The notes below the pieces were generated by a model. That model was not told where the DNA came from. It saw only the letters and a program-made list of their open reading frames with translations, and did no database searches. A program made the position numbers and the translations under genes. Positions 40,081 to 52,160 of a stretch of DNA of 52,160 bases are shown piece by piece. Where the stretch lies: positions 1-52,160 of the forward strand of contig JAUCBJ010008791.1 in the NCBI GenBank assembly GCA_032718475.1, read 5' to 3'. The DNA comes from Nemertoderma westbladi. Its lineage: Eukaryota > Animalia > Xenacoelomorpha. How positions within the stretch are numbered: the stretch's first letter is position 1; the number at the start of each line of letters is the position of its first letter.

Positions 40081-40284
40081 TCTTGTAAGGTGTTGTGTGG
40101 AATATTTAATTCTTTATACAGTAAATTATTTTTGTTATTAGATTAAATAGGGTTAAATACAATATTATTTGGAACCTATTATCTTTGATAAATACTACAG
40201 TAATTAAAAAATATACGACAATATACTACTACTACTACGATCGGCATGCTGCATTGCAGCTGCATTATATATATATTTATTACA

Positions 40285-41540
40285 TTAAGAATGCTGTGTC
40301 GGCCTATCGACAAAATTGCGCCGCCACAACTCCCTATCACCCATGACATTTGCTAGATCATCCGCATCTTCAAGGCTAGTGTCCTTTAAGATGCGTCTCA
40401 AGAAAATCATGGGCTGTCCACCATGCTTACTCACTCCATGAGGCCGCCAAAGCACAAGATTATGCATTGCCTGGTCCTCACGGCGAAAGCAATGTCTGCA
40501 AAGCGGAGGAGGCTTTGTTCTAGTGTCATGCTCGGGCGAACCAATGAGACACATCCAATGCTATATACTGTAGTGTCTGGTTGGCGATGTGTACATTGTA
40601 CTTGACACAGTGAACCCGGCGTAGCATTTTTGTGAATGTGCCATCCAGAGATTTGGTGTCCTCAGCAGTTAGAGCCCACCATGGACTCCCACAGAGGAGT
40701 ACTGGAACTACTGGAAAACTGCTCTAAATAATCGGACATTAAGTTTCGAGGAAAGCCCATTCAAGGCTCCTCATGCCTTTCCCTTACGTATTCGAAGGTC
40801 CTCATCTGGTTTCCGGATCCATGATCCCAGGTAACAGAAGTCGTCCACATGCGCAACCATACCAACCTTGGAGCTTATGCTCATCCGGTCAGAGACTTGC
40901 TGAGGACTTTCAAAGTTAACAGTCAAAATTTTGGTCTTTTTGGAGTTAACAAAAAGACCAACACTAGAAGCATCCTGTTCTAATGAGCTGAGGAGCTGGT
41001 GGCTCCCTCTAGTGATTCTGAGAGTACTCCTAAGTCATCAGCAAAGTCTAGATCAGTTAAGCACTTGGCTGGGTTTCCTCAATTTCAGGAGCCAGTAGGT
41101 GGAGTTACCATCACCCCAACATCATTATGATGATCTAAGGACATGCGTAGAACATAGTCAACCACAACCACAATTATGAATAAGAATGGTACAAGTGTGT
41201 CTCCCTAGAGGACTGCCCTTAACACTTCAAATGGTTCTGTGTCACCGTCAACAGTAGACACAAATGTTGTCGAACCATCGTATACTGATCTGTTGCTGCA
41301 ATAATTTCATCAAGAATCCCATATAATAAAAGTATGGTGAACATACGTGAGCGTGAGACTGAATCAAAGTCCTTGAAGAAGTCAACAAAGATAGCCAGAC
41401 AGCCAGATGCCTGTCTTTCTTTTTTGATAACTCTTCAATTATGCGTAATTCTTAAGTGAAAAAATGGGCTCCATGGTCACACGACTACGACCTTTTACGG
41501 AACCAATTCTGATTTCTACGTAGCAGTCTCTCAATGGGTT
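40285..41540 (-). mobile_element. Degenerate RTE-clade LINE (RT to C-terminus)
   Basis: QIGSVKGRS-like, FVDFFKDFDS, DLDFADDL and VDDFCYLGSWI motifs in broken frames. Same family as 33128-33592. Confidence 0.88.
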
Positions 41541-43385
41541 AATAACTCATTTATGAACTACTGTATGACGTGTCACGTCACACAGATTATTCTGGGTCAT
41601 TACGGTTATGTCCAACTCCGCCGATTCTCCGCTCCACGTCATTTGTAATTGCATTTATAAAACATAATTTTACAGTATAAATCATCAGGCTCTAAACAAA
41701 ATTTTCTATGACTGTATGAGCAGTGAGCGCAGTCAGTGAGCTTGATACACTTATATACCGGTAGGTACTGTAATATTGTTCACAATTCGTTTACTTTTTT
41801 ATCTTTGATTGATTACCTCTTTCTGTCAGACTGCTGTTCACTTCTTATCTGCTTTATCTGCCTATGTACAGTACAAATGTACTCGTACTGTAATTCGTCA
41901 TTCAATAATAATGAATACCAAATACTGTACTGTATGCATTGTATACCGGTCTGCCGGTACGATAGATACAGCGATAGACAGATAGACGATGACGATCCAT
42001 GTTGTAAACTGTTGTAGCTGTTACATAGCACATAGCCTACATACCTGCATGCATACAGCAGTACAGTCAGACAGTACTGCACTGCAGTACACAGTACAGC
42101 GTACAGCAGCAGATTGCTAGATTGATATTGTTATGATTGATGAATATTCAGATATTATTATTTGAAATTGTTCCGAGATTGCCTTATTATTATTCAGTTA
42201 TTATTGTTAATAATTGTTATTATTAGTCCAGTAGTCTGTTAGTAGGCCCTATTACCCTGTTACTGTGTTACCTGATTACTGTATTAATACTGCACTGCTG
42301 TAGGCCTAATATATTACAGCAGTCAGGCAGTACAGGGCACAGGGTGAGGAAGCTAAACTTCAGAACTTATATCTTACATCTGTACATCAGCATTCAGCAT
42401 ACTGCTGTCAGCCTGTCAGCTGTACTGGCATAATACAGTAATATTCAGATACACCGGTCAGCCGGTTGCCGGTATTAAGTTTAGTAGGCCTATGTCAGTA
42501 TGTAGTACAGTCCTGCAGTCTGACAGTAGTAGCAGTAGGCCCACCGCCACGCCACCCACTCACCCACCATTCTGTTCTGCTGTTAGGTCCTGTCCTACTG
42601 ACAGACTGAAATATCAGGATTAGCAGGTGATTTCAGTTAGCAGATTAGGAGGGTCCCCTCCCTATATATTTGACACTAGTGTCTAGGCGGGGCGGCTAGG
42701 CCTATATATCTGTATATACACTGATACATACTGACATACGTTAAATATACAATACTACTGCAATAATAGAGAAAACCCATAAATGGATTTTTTGTTAATT
42801 TATTGATTTCTCAATTTTTGACAAATACACAGACAGACTGACAGACCAAGAGACATGGAGAGAGAGATAGACAGTTTAGATTTCGTCAAATCAGAAAAGT
42901 TACATATTAATACAAATTTAATAGGCAGATAGGCCTACTACTACTAGGCCTATTAATACAAATTCTAAATAGTTCTGTAGTTTGTGCACTTTCTTAAATT
43001 TTAGCGGACAGACAGACATAATAACAGACTGACTGACTGACAGGTAGACGAAAGTGAAAACCGACATCGTAAGTGAAATCATCGGCAAGTAAAACACCCC
43101 TTGCCCTTACCAAAAAATTGGGTGGTGTGGTTTATTTATTTAGTTATATTTCTTGACAGACCGACAGTAGACAGACACAATGAAAATAATAAAAATTAAA
43201 CATGTTCGCTAATTGCTAATAGTACCGTCTGACAGTAGTAGTCGTATATACATACACTGATGACTTGTATCTGAGTTCTGACTAGTACCTAATTTTTTAC
43301 ATGCCAGCTTTGAAAAATATCGTAAAATTTTATGTACATGTTAAGCCCATTTATTATTATCTACCGGTACCGGTACCCAATTTAA

Positions 43386-44045
<660 letters not shown>

Positions 44046-44975
44046 TCTATAATATAGTCGGTTTATATTTAATTTTTAGTGGAAGAGTATTATTTATGTA
44101 TTTATGGAGCGGGTAATTTATTATATGCGGCGCCCGTGAAAAATTAGACTTACCGATATCTAAGTTATTTTAATATAATAACATATTGAGGAAGGTGGCC
44201 AGTTATCTTTATATATATTTGTAAGAACCTAATAGAATGCTGTTAATATTTAATAATTCATATTGATACTCTTCCACTAGCTACTTAGATAGCTCGCTAA
44301 TTAAATAAACGTTTTGTCCTCAATAAATCCGACGAAGAAACGCAACCCATGCGAACGTGTTCGACCCTCACTCACTTTCCTATAATATATATTAATTCCC
44401 TTTTTTTATGGTTGTGTTTTTTCTTGGTGTAATTTATTGTATTACAGTTCAGTGGAGGAGTATAAATTTGGAATTGATTAATAAGTTAATTTTAATTTAC
44501 TTTCATATGTTCGATTTATGAAATTGTCATCCATGTTCGTCTTTGAAAGCCTCTATTTTCGCAACAATTCCTTGTAATACTAATTGAACCCACAATCAGT
44601 ATGTTGGCTCAGCAATTTGTTGATTCAGTTTTGAATCAGCCTTATAAATTCCGTTGACGAGAAATATCGATGCGTCGACGCACAAGTAGTTTGTTATCGA
44701 TAAATAACGATTTTGCTGAGGGGGGGGGGGGGGGGGGGTGGGTAGCACCCCCCCCCCCCCCCCCCCCCCCTATTTTGCAAATTGTCAAAAACCCTTTTTT
44801 TATCCTATCTGGGGCCGAATTTAATTGAGATTTCAAATCTGCAACCAGTTTTCTCATATCTTTTCTGAAACTCAAGTTATTACCCAAAACGTAACAGCTA
44901 GTCTGATTTTTGACAAGCCTTCGAGCAGCACTATATTTTACAATTGTTTTCATAAAAATCTCTCACGGTACAGAT

Positions 44976-45291
44976 TAGTGTTTAAACCGTTTGGAGCGGG
45001 ATCCCGAAGTATAAATAGTGAAGTAAATTTGTTGAATATTTGATAAATAGATGCAACAGAACGGTTATGTTTTGATATAGTAAAACCATCATGTATTTAA
45101 TTCAAAATCATTTTAATATAACTTTATCTTACTAGTATTTCAGAAGTGTAAGATAAAGTGAGTGTTACCCAAAACACGCCACATTATACTATTAACCTAA
45201 GGAATTTAATCCAAAATTGCAATCCCGATCCCGAAAATTGCGGAGTGATATTCCCGGAAAACCCAAAAAGTCAGATCCCATTAAAACACTA
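44976..45291. mobile_element. hAT-type MITE
   Basis: TAGTGTTT / AAACACTA termini with a perfect 8-bp TSD GTACAGAT (44968-44975 and 45292-45299). Confidence 0.85.
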
Positions 45292-45683
45292 GTACAGATA
45301 TGAAAAAAATTGCTATCAAGTTGTTTTACAAGTTATATATTTAGGAAGCATGAATAATTTCGTTGAATTTCAATCATTGTTGACAAAATTATTGTTGAGC
45401 AAAAAAATATGGTATTATCTAAAATAGCGGGAAAGTTTGTATTGTTCCTTAAACTTTAAACACCCATATCTCAGAATGACGTTTTTTCATGAAAAAATAT
45501 TGTCATTCCTTAATTGACAACCCTTAATAAATAAAAGCGCCCTTCCCTTAATTGGTAATTCAACATTGAGACGAGATATTAATTCGCTGAGACGGGATTT
45601 GCGTGTAGCGAGGTAATTTTTGTGGGTTTTTGATGTCGACAAATCTAATGGGCTGGCTGAAATACCATCGTTTAGTGGAGAAT

Positions 45684-48600
45684 AGATAGATAGATAGATA
45701 GATTTATTTATACATTATGTAAAAACAATAACAAATACACCAAACAATGTACCGGTATAAAGGTATTGTCCAACATAACATATAGGATTACGCCTAAAGC
45801 TTTGCAGCTTATTTCCAAGGGGGTCCTTTATGTTACTTGGTTACAAATACAATATTACACTACGCTAACCTAAAACCAATATAAAACGTAATTACACTAT
45901 GTACATGTACAACTTTACCGAGAGCGTGACAATGTCCGACTCAACGATAAAGATGTAATGTACAGAACAATTTATTATAAAACGTAATTACAGTATAAAT
46001 AGTAAATAATTAATAAGCTAATAACTTACTGTAGGACTATTGTACCTATTTTTACATTGCACACGGAGGTGAGATTTAACTGCAGATTTAAAAGAATGTT
46101 GATTATTTAGGTTTTTAATTTCATTAGGCAGAGCGTTCCAATTTTTTATGCCGTTAAAAAAGAAAGTATCAGATTCAAAGGTTTTACAATTCGGGAGGTA
46201 GAAGTTTGAAGCACTAGCTCTGGTACTGTAAGAGTGTGTATCGCGTACTCTGTTGAATTTTTGTTTTAGGTAATTGGGACATTTACCATTATACACTTTA
46301 TGCACATGGTTAAGGCGTAGCTGCTTAACTCTACTATCTAAGTTAAGTAGTCCAGATTCAGAAAAGTCATCTGGAGTTAGGTGGTGCCTAGGTTTGTAGT
46401 CTTTAATAAATCGTACTACTTTATTCTGAGCTACTTGTAATTTACATTTAAGCTGTTTGGTTAAGCCTTCATACCAAGAAGAGCACGCATAGTCCATGTG
46501 ACACTGTATTAAAGAAGAGCAAAGTAACTTGCGGGAGTCGGTGTTTAAACTATTTTTATTTCTGTATAGAAACCTAAGCCTAGTGTTAACTTTCGAGAAA
46601 ATATTTTTCACTGTACTTTCTCCTGATAAGCAGTTATCCAATGTGGCGCCTAAATATTTAACTTCCTTTTTATTTTCAATCTTATGTCCATTACTAGTGA
46701 CTTCAAACTTAGTTACCTTCTTTAACTTTCTTTTGGAACCAAACAAAACACTTTCAGTTTTACCGTAGTGAATGGATAGCTTATTATCAACCAACCACTC
46801 ATTACAGGATTCTAGAACTGCACTTAACTTTTGGGAAATATGGATAGGATCTTTATGAGAGAAAATAAGAGCACTGTCGTCGGCATATAAAATGAGTTTA
46901 AAATCGGGATCTATACTACTTATCATATCATTTACATAGCATACAAAAAGCAGAGGACCTAATATACTACCTTGCGGTACACCACAGGTAATCTCTTGTA
47001 CAGTAGACAGCGATTTGCTAATGACTACAGTTTGACCTCTGTCTGACAGGTAGGACTTGAACCAGTCTATAGAACCTACACCCATCAGGCCTAACTTACC
47101 AAGCAGAATTTCGTGATCTACAGTATCGAAAGCCTTTTGTAGGTCCAACATTACCATACCAGTATATAAACCCTTTGCGTTATTACATCTAATTGTATCA
47201 GTTAAGTTAATAAGGCAGGTGTCTGTAGAATATGATTTACGAAAACCGGACTGAAGTTCATAGATCAGATTTAGCCTACTAAGATGTGCCTCCAGCTGTA
47301 GAAAAACAGAACGTTCTAGAATTTTAGATACAATACTTAAGATACTAACAGGTCTGTAATTACAGGGTTCTACTTTACTATTCTTTTTATACAGAGGAAC
47401 AACCTTAGCTAATTTCAGTTCGTCTGGTACTACATTATCTACAATAGAGTAATTAATAATAAAAGTAATAGGCACTTTAAGTACTTCAGCACCATCCTTA
47501 AGAAAACGGGCAGGTATTAGATCTAGACCGGTACTTTTTGAGGCTGATAGGCTAAGTAGATTTTTAAAAACGAAATCCTCAGAAACGGGTTTTAAAAATA
47601 ACTTTTCTGAATTTTGTAACTTTTCTAAATAAAAATTATTTAGAGTTTCGGACCCTATACTATATTTATTACTTGATAACGGTAATTTCTTAACTAAATT
47701 AGAGGCAACATTAGTAAAATAATTATTAAATAAATTACTAACTAGAGTATGATCATGAATCAGCTCACCGTTATCTTGCAGAACAATATTCGATTTAGAT
47801 TTAAGGTTTTTATAACCTAAAGATTTTAGGGTAGACCATAGACTTTTTGGATTATCTTTATTCTCACTTATTTTGTTGTACAAATATTCAGATTTAGCTT
47901 TTTTTATTTCCCGTTGGACAAGGTTTCTATATTTGCAGTAATTATTATAATCAGCTAAAACACGGTATTTCCTAAATTTATACAAATAGTTATCTCTTTC
48001 TCTGATATTACTAAGAATACCCGAGGTCATCCAGGGCTCAGTGCGTTGTTTAAGACTAATTTCTTTAATTGGTGCTACAGTATTAAGTGCCTTTAAAAAT
48101 ATATCTTTAAAAACAGTGTACGCAAGGTTAATGTCAGCGGCCTTAAAACAGGGTTCCCAGTCAGAATTAACTAACAAACTTAAAAAGCGTTCCTTGCTGT
48201 AATTTTTCATAGACCTAACTGTTACTGTTTTATGATCCCCGAAAAAAGATTTTTGTGTCTTTCTTGTGCAAAAAACTATAAAATGATCGCTTAGACCTAT
48301 AGGTAAAACCCCAGATTGAGAAATAATATCGGTATTATTACAAAGGATGTGATCTAGTAAAGTAGAAGTTTTACTGGTAATTCTGGTAGAATCTCGAATA
48401 ATTTGTTTTAAACCAAACAAATTTAAAATACTTTGGTACTGTTTACAGATGGGGGATGCTTTGTGATGGTAACAGATATTAAAATCACCTAAGAAATATA
48501 TTTCACAGTCTGACCTAAGATTACATAAAATTGTATTTTCAAAATTTTGCAAAAAATCTGATTGTTTAGGGGGCCGATATAAAGTACCGATTAAAATAGG

Positions 48601-49530
48601 TTTAGTTTTAGGAAGTAAAAGTTCCACCAGTAAAACTTCGTCACAAGTCTCTAAATCTTCCCTACGATTAAAAGCTAAATCACATCGAATGTAAGTACAG
48701 ACACCACCACCGTGTCTGTCCCTATCCTTACGTAAAACTACGTAATTATCAATATAAATTTCTCCATCAGAAACACTATCATCGAGCCAAGTTTCAGAGA
48801 TTGTTAAAACTGCTGGGTTGGATTTATTGATTAAAATACGAATTTCGGAAAGTTTTGGAAGCAGAGATCGTGCGTTTAAGTGCAAAAAATGCAGACCTTT
48901 TTTCTTAAAAAAATTAAAAGTTTCACTCTCAGCATCACTTGGAGTTTGCAGAGGCGATGTGAGAAATGAATCGTCGGTTTCTGATTCTAAAATTGTATCA
49001 TGAAAGGGAAGTTCGGTAAAAATACAGCTATTGCAGAGAAAACTTGGTTCAAGATTGTTTCTGGTGGAGAATAAATTACTGCGTTTCCTACGGTAACATT
49101 TTAAATGTACAAATGTGTCACAACTCTCGCATTGGACGATCTTACTCCGAGAGTTTGTTCCTCGTTGACAGACGGGACAGTTGATCTTCGGGGCCCGCGT
49201 CCTGCTGGGTCCTGGGTTGGTCTCAATATCCCCAGCCAGAGACAGTAGACAGAGTTTAGCGATTAGGCCTCTAGATCGTGGAGAGGAGACCCAAGATCTT
49301 CTTCCCCGACGAGAGCAGTAGAGGCTAAATCCACTCGTCGACCACATCTCCGTCGATTCGGCGCGGCAGTTCGAAACGGTAGCGACAGGGTGTTCCGCAA
49401 ACCAGTCCAATACGGGTATTGGGTGGGTTGCAGGGTTACCCCGCGGATCGGATGGTTCTGCCACAACGAAACGACCCAGAACGATGAAAACTGTGGAGAT
49501 TAAGAGCGGGGACATTGTGCTGTCTGGCTG
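45684..49530 (-). mobile_element. CR1/L2-group LINE (Crack/Daphne-like) with intact ORF
   Basis: Intact ORF, a ~310-nt 3' UTR, then AATAAA and a (TCTA)n tail at 45684-45702. The 5' end and TSD are not resolved. Confidence 0.9.
46018..49515 (-). CDS. LINE ORF2: 2A-like peptide, PHD-type zinc finger, APE endonuclease, reverse transcriptase
   Basis: DIETNPGP; CPVC..CESC..HLKC..CNSC; HLNARSL, SETWL, GDFN, LSDH; [24 protein letters not shown]. 1165 aa uninterrupted. Confidence 0.95.
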   Translation of the reverse strand: MSPLLISTVFIVLGRFVVAEPSDPRGNPATHPIPVLDWFAEHPVATVSNCRAESTEMWSTSGFSLYCSRRGRRSWVSSPRSRGLIAKLCLLSLAGDIETNPGPSRTRAPKINCPVCQRGTNSRSKIVQCESCDTFVHLKCYRRKRSNLFSTRNNLEPSFLCNSCIFTELPFHDTILESETDDSFLTSPLQTPSDAESETFNFFKKKGLHFLHLNARSLLPKLSEIRILINKSNPAVLTISETWLDDSVSDGEIYIDNYVVLRKDRDRHGGGVCTYIRCDLAFNRREDLETCDEVLLVELLLPKTKPILIGTLYRPPKQSDFLQNFENTILCNLRSDCEIYFLGDFNICYHHKASPICKQYQSILNLFGLKQIIRDSTRITSKTSTLLDHILCNNTDIISQSGVLPIGLSDHFIVFCTRKTQKSFFGDHKTVTVRSMKNYSKERFLSLLVNSDWEPCFKAADINLAYTVFKDIFLKALNTVAPIKEISLKQRTEPWMTSGILSNIRERDNYLYKFRKYRVLADYNNYCKYRNLVQREIKKAKSEYLYNKISENKDNPKSLWSTLKSLGYKNLKSKSNIVLQDNGELIHDHTLVSNLFNNYFTNVASNLVKKLPLSSNKYSIGSETLNNFYLEKLQNSEKLFLKPVSEDFVFKNLLSLSASKSTGLDLIPARFLKDGAEVLKVPITFIINYSIVDNVVPDELKLAKVVPLYKKNSKVEPCNYRPVSILSIVSKILERSVFLQLEAHLSRLNLIYELQSGFRKSYSTDTCLINLTDTIRCNNAKGLYTGMVMLDLQKAFDTVDHEILLGKLGLMGVGSIDWFKSYLSDRGQTVVISKSLSTVQEITCGVPQGSILGPLLFVCYVNDMISSIDPDFKLILYADDSALIFSHKDPIHISQKLSAVLESCNEWLVDNKLSIHYGKTESVLFGSKRKLKKVTKFEVTSNGHKIENKKEVKYLGATLDNCLSGESTVKNIFSKVNTRLRFLYRNKNSLNTDSRKLLCSSLIQCHMDYACSSWYEGLTKQLKCKLQVAQNKVVRFIKDYKPRHHLTPDDFSESGLLNLDSRVKQLRLNHVHKVYNGKCPNYLKQKFNRVRDTHSYSTRASASNFYLPNCKTFESDTFFFNGIKNWNALPNEIKNLNNQHSFKSAVKSHLRVQCKNRYNSPTVSY

Positions 49531-49638
49531 TAGTCTGACTCAGGGATAAAAACTGTATAGGCCTAGTACCGGTATCTTTCTTGGTCTTATTGTCGGCAGG
49601 CCTACAGCTGTACGTAAGTCGGGACTCTTTATGTGTTA

Positions 49639-49708
49639 ATGGAATATGTGGAATATGTGGAATATGTGGAATATGTGTGGAATATGTGTGGAATATGTGG
49701 AATATGTG
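49639..49708. repeat. (TGGAATATGT/TGGAATATGTGT)n short tandem repeat
   Basis: Directly visible. Confidence 0.9.
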
Positions 49709-49861
49709 TTAATAAGCTTCAGAATGTAACACACAAACGATAATGAAACTTATTAAATTATTATACAAATTTAATTTGCTGAAACTAAATGGGTAACTAT
49801 GTAGTAGTGCGTAATTCAGTCAATCAATAGTCCTTAGAGTAAAGTTTGGTTTCATTAGAGT

Positions 49862-50060
49862 GTGGGGCGAGCCACGAAAGTAAGCGAGCTTAGCATACCG
49901 ATACCACAAACTCAATCGATGTGTCTGTCGTTCTGTTGTGTCCAATTTTAAACGTCAATAACTCAGCCAAATCTTATCGAAATCTATCCAAACTTAGCAC
50001 ACGTGTAGTCTGGCCAAAGTTTAGAAATTTTCCAAGTTGAATTTGCGTGTGGCCTTCGAG
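49862..50060 (+). mobile_element. HINE/DINE-1-like element, 5' fragment
   Basis: Shares the 17-bp head GTGGGGCGAGCCACGAA with 50888, followed by a decayed microsatellite and an AATAACT...AAACTT block. Confidence 0.55.
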
Positions 50061-50300
50061 AAGCAGTTATAAAGAAGCAGAATATCAGTTAATTAATTAA
50101 ATTAAAATTAAAGAAGTTGGTTAGGGTAAAAACAGCATTTTCAACATGAATTTTAATGGAAATAAATTTATTTATAGTATAAGATATGAATAATATACTT
50201 AAACATTATACAGCTGTAATCCCCATACCACATTCCATTATAGTTTTTAATTAGTTCGAGTTCCCCGTCAGTCGTCACTCTACACTAGCTCCCTTATTTC

Positions 50301-50434
50301 AATAGGAAATATAGGCTATCTTTTTGGAGTTATTTTCTGAGTATTTGGAGTCTTTTTGGAGTTATTATAGTTGTTTTCTCATTTAATCACCAGGGCAGAA
50401 ATATAACTCCAAAAAGATAGCCTATATTTCCTAT
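50301..50434. repeat. Short inverted repeat/MITE
   Basis: AATAGGAAATATAGGCTATCTTTTTGGAGTTAT has a perfect inverted copy at ~50403-50435. Confidence 0.75.
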
Positions 50435-50886
50435 TTACGATGAATGCCCTAAAATCGGCTTGCCGCGGACTGAATGTTTTCCCTTATTTCAAGACATCCT
50501 TGCTATTGCCTAGCCTAACTGGGATATATACAGTCCAACTACCAGCTCACCACTACTCATTAGGCAGCAATGTAATGAGCCAGACTACAACAATGTAATG
50601 AGCCAGACTAATAAGAGAGCTTAACCTTGCTTATTGTGTTTGGCTGAGTATTTAACACGTTAGCTGCGGATTGAGCACCGGTGCACAATTCGTGTTATAA
50701 CTTTACTGCTGCAGGTTTTACTCCCTGTCAACTTCTTACTGCGGATTGAGCACCGGTGAACATGACCTGTACAACCCTGTAGTCCGGAGCTATTTTGGCT
50801 TGGCTAGCCCTTAGTGCGGAAGCTATACGTTGAGCACCGGTGCTCAAATATATTAGCTGTTGTCATATTCGGTATCTGTGACCTTT

Positions 50887-52156
50887 GTGGGGCGAGCCAC
50901 GAAGTTGGCGGAGCCTTATCGAATTGACACTGTTAGGGGGTGGGTCAATTTATGCAAATAGTTGTCGTCGTCGTCGTCGTTGTCGTCGTCGTCGTTGTCG
51001 TCGTCGTCGTTGTCGTCGTCGTCGTCGTTACGATTTTGACATGCTAATAACTTTGTCGGATTTAAAGCTGCCAAGTTGAAAATTTGTAGGTATCAATATG
51101 AGCAAAAGTTGAGATTTTTGAGAGACTTTCAGACACCATCAGTGCAATGGTCTCCCGCTAGAGGGCCACATGTCTAAACATTAAATGGCCACCCATTTCT
51201 TTGCTTTTAATCCGTTTAAGCTGAAACTTGGGAAGTATGTACTAGACCATTAGCTGTAAATTTCAAAGGAGGCTAATCTGTCTGCAGTTCTCCAGTCTGC
51301 CGCTAGAGGGCGAAATGTCCCGAATGTGAAACTATTCTTCTATTTAGTTGTTTATGATCTGATTACGCTGAAACTTGTCATATATGTACTAGATGACATC
51401 CTGAGTCTTTGTGTGGATTGTAATCGGTCCGAAGTTTTCCAGTCTGCCGGTAGAGGGCCACATGTCTAAACATTAAATGGCCACCCATTTCTTTGCTTTT
51501 AATCCGTTTAAGCTGAAACTTGGGAAGTATGTACTAGACCATTAGCTGTAAATTTCAAAGGAGGCTAATCTGTCTGCAGTTCTCCAGTCTGCCGCTAGAG
51601 GGCGAAATGTCCCGAATGTGAAATTATTCTTCCATTTAGTTGTTTATGATCTGATTACGCTGAAACTTGTCATATATGTACTAGAAGACATCCTAAGTCT
51701 TTGTGTGGACAGTAATCGGTCCGGAGTTTTCGAGTCTGCCGCTAGAGGGCGAAATGTAGGAAAGTGATAACCTTCGCGAATTCCTTGATCTTAATCTATT
51801 TAAGCTGAATTTTGGAATATACAGTACCGGTATGTACTAGACCACATGCCTCGTCTTTGTGAGCAAGGTGATCGATCCGTAGTTCTTTAATATGCCGCTA
51901 GAGGGCTAAATGTATGAAAGTGAAAACCTTCCAACATTTCGTTATTTATGATCCGTCAATCGGAAACTTGGTAGATATGTAATAGACCATAGGCTGTGGC
52001 TTTGTAGGGAAACTAATCCTTCCTTCTTCAGTTACCCAGTCTCCCGCTAGAGGGTTAACGTTTTCCGGGAAAATCTTCTCCTATGTTTTTATAATCCTTT
52101 CGAGTTGATACTTAGCATTAACTCATTTCACGTGCTGCGCGAAGGCCCCACTTCGT
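50887..52156 (+). mobile_element. Helentron-associated (HINE/DINE-1/pearl-like) element with internal ~146-bp tandem repeats
   Basis: Subterminal GTGGGGC / GCCCCAC, a (GTC)n microsatellite at 50962-51028, core repeats of 145-156 bp, a 3' hairpin CGAAG-GCCCCA-CTTCG, and no TSD. Confidence 0.75.
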
Positions 52157-52160
52157 GTAT

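Noticed and set aside
28953-43270. Other CTGATGA words (about 28953, 29790, 33230, 41038, 43257) as hammerheads
   Set aside because: None has a properly spaced GAAA/NUH or flanking stems. They lie in MITE TIRs, in RT FADD codons, or in unstructured sequence.
50885-51079. Protamine-like Arg/Cys ORF
   Set aside because: Translation of the (GTC)n microsatellite in the HINE-like element.

Overview
Repeat-rich, AT-rich eukaryotic (animal, probably marine invertebrate) genomic DNA. Three conserved housekeeping genes are recognisable: the 5' part of OPA1 (two exons, - strand), and intronless POLR2D/RPB4 and RAB6. There is also a frameshifted, Cys-rich, Ly6/three-finger-like GPI-anchored gene. The rest is satellites (22-, 21-, 12- and 19-bp units), MITEs and decayed DNA transposons (hAT, Harbinger-, Tc1/mariner-, pogo- and Helentron/HINE-like), RTE LINE fragments, and one intact CR1/L2-group LINE ORF with a 2A ribosome-skipping motif. 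The most notable item is at 18266-19135: a TSD-flanked, 373-bp tandem retrozyme-like element whose minimal type I hammerhead ribozyme lies between the A and B boxes of a tRNA-like Pol III unit, at the tip of a long stem. Other notable signals: fields of TA-flanked micro-palindromes that look like transposon excision footprints (one demonstrably inserted into a repeat unit), a 7.6-kb satellite that appears to have grown from a transposon terminal hairpin, and a 146-bp-period array of CTCF-like motifs. All calls were read by eye; no searches or folding programs were run.
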